This document shows positions 25,131 to 25,767 of a stretch of DNA of 25,767 nt, piece by piece; the stretch's first letter is position 1; each line of letters opens with the position of its first letter. The notes below the pieces were generated by a model that was not told the DNA's origin, ran no database searches, and saw nothing but the letters and a program-made list of their open reading frames with translations. Origin of the DNA: a virus (taxonomy: Duplodnaviria; Caudoviricetes); IMG/VR virus record IMGVR_UViG_3300013026_000006, positions 1-25,767 of that record; one strand, given 5' to 3'. A program made the position numbers and the translations under genes.

Positions 25131-25767
25131 TTGGCGATATATAGACAGCTCCACACGACATTTTGGAAAGATAAACGTGTTGGAGAATGGAATAAAGACC
25201 AGAAGCTTTTCTTCCTGTATCTTTTATCAAATGATTATACAACGCAGTGTGGCGTTTATGAATTTAATAGAAGGTATGCGAAGTTCGAGCTTGATATGAC
25301 GACAGAGGAAATAAATAAACAATTAGACTTTTTAGTCAGCGAAGGCCGTATTGTCTTTAACGAAAAGACGGAAGAGCTGATGATTGTGAATTGGCTGAAA
25401 TATAATTCAGCCCGATCTCCCAAGGTGGCTGCCGTAATCGATAAAGAACTACGGGAGATTAAGACACTTGAATTTGAATCAGAAGTCATCAAGAAGTGTG
25501 TTGAATTTGGCTATCCAATCAAAACTAAAGAGCCTAAAAAAGATACCGTATCGATAGCGTATGGATATGGTATTGATACGGTATTTCAAAAACAAAATAC
25601 GATATCGCAACCAGAACCATCACCAGAACCAGAACCATCATCATCACCAGAACCAACACCAGAACCAACAGATCCGCATGAAAAAAATTCGGCTGTAGGT
25701 GGTGTGTATTCGTCGAGCCGTGATAATCCGTATCACATGTATCAATCCTTGCTTGGCGTACTAACGC
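25131..25767 (+). CDS. Phage replication initiator/replisome organiser (partial, runs off window)
   Basis: RBS GGAGG, TTG start; MAIYRQLHTTFWKD...FFLYLLSN...NWLKYN; open to window end. Confidence 0.85.
   Translation, partial: MAIYRQLHTTFWKDKRVGEWNKDQKLFFLYLLSNDYTTQCGVYEFNRRYAKFELDMTTEEINKQLDFLVSEGRIVFNEKTEELMIVNWLKYNSARSPKVAAVIDKELREIKTLEFESEVIKKCVEFGYPIKTKEPKKDTVSIAYGYGIDTVFQKQNTISQPEPSPEPEPSSSPEPTPEPTDPHEKNSAVGGVYSSSRDNPYHMYQSLLGVLT
25542..25606 (+). repeat. Tandem 11-bp iterons, probable replication origin
   Basis: GATACCGTATC, GATAGCGTATG, GATATGGTATT, GATACGGTATT, plus AATACGATATC, inside the initiator gene. Confidence 0.75.

Noticed and set aside
25611-25668. CCAGAACCA repeats as CRISPR-like array
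   Set aside because: Short in-frame repeats encoding a Pro-Glu-Pro linker, no spacers

Overview
The window is about 26 kb of a temperate siphophage from a low-GC Firmicute, most likely Enterococcus-like (inferred from protein style). Gene order: portal, minor head, large terminase, scaffold, capsid, neck/tail, tape measure (TMP), Dit, Tal/RBP, holin, endolysin, an att site, tyrosine integrase, cI/cro switch, YqaJ/RecT and the start of a replication initiator. Four things stand out. (1) The TMP gene is split by two tandem group I introns 89 nt apart: a 905-nt IA2-like intron carrying a NUMOD4/HNH endonuclease and a 203-nt ORF-less one. Removing both gives a continuous 696-aa TMP. (2) The native endolysin is frameshifted in its C-terminal domain, and a second, intact 1134-bp holin-endolysin cassette is inserted, with ATC at both junctions, into a gene of the lysogeny module. 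(3) Both endolysins have an internal RBS and ATG, as in two-component enterococcal lysins. (4) The att core is the last 20 codons of lepA with arm-type repeats on both sides, i.e. an attP configuration. All calls come from reading the sequence; no searches were run.
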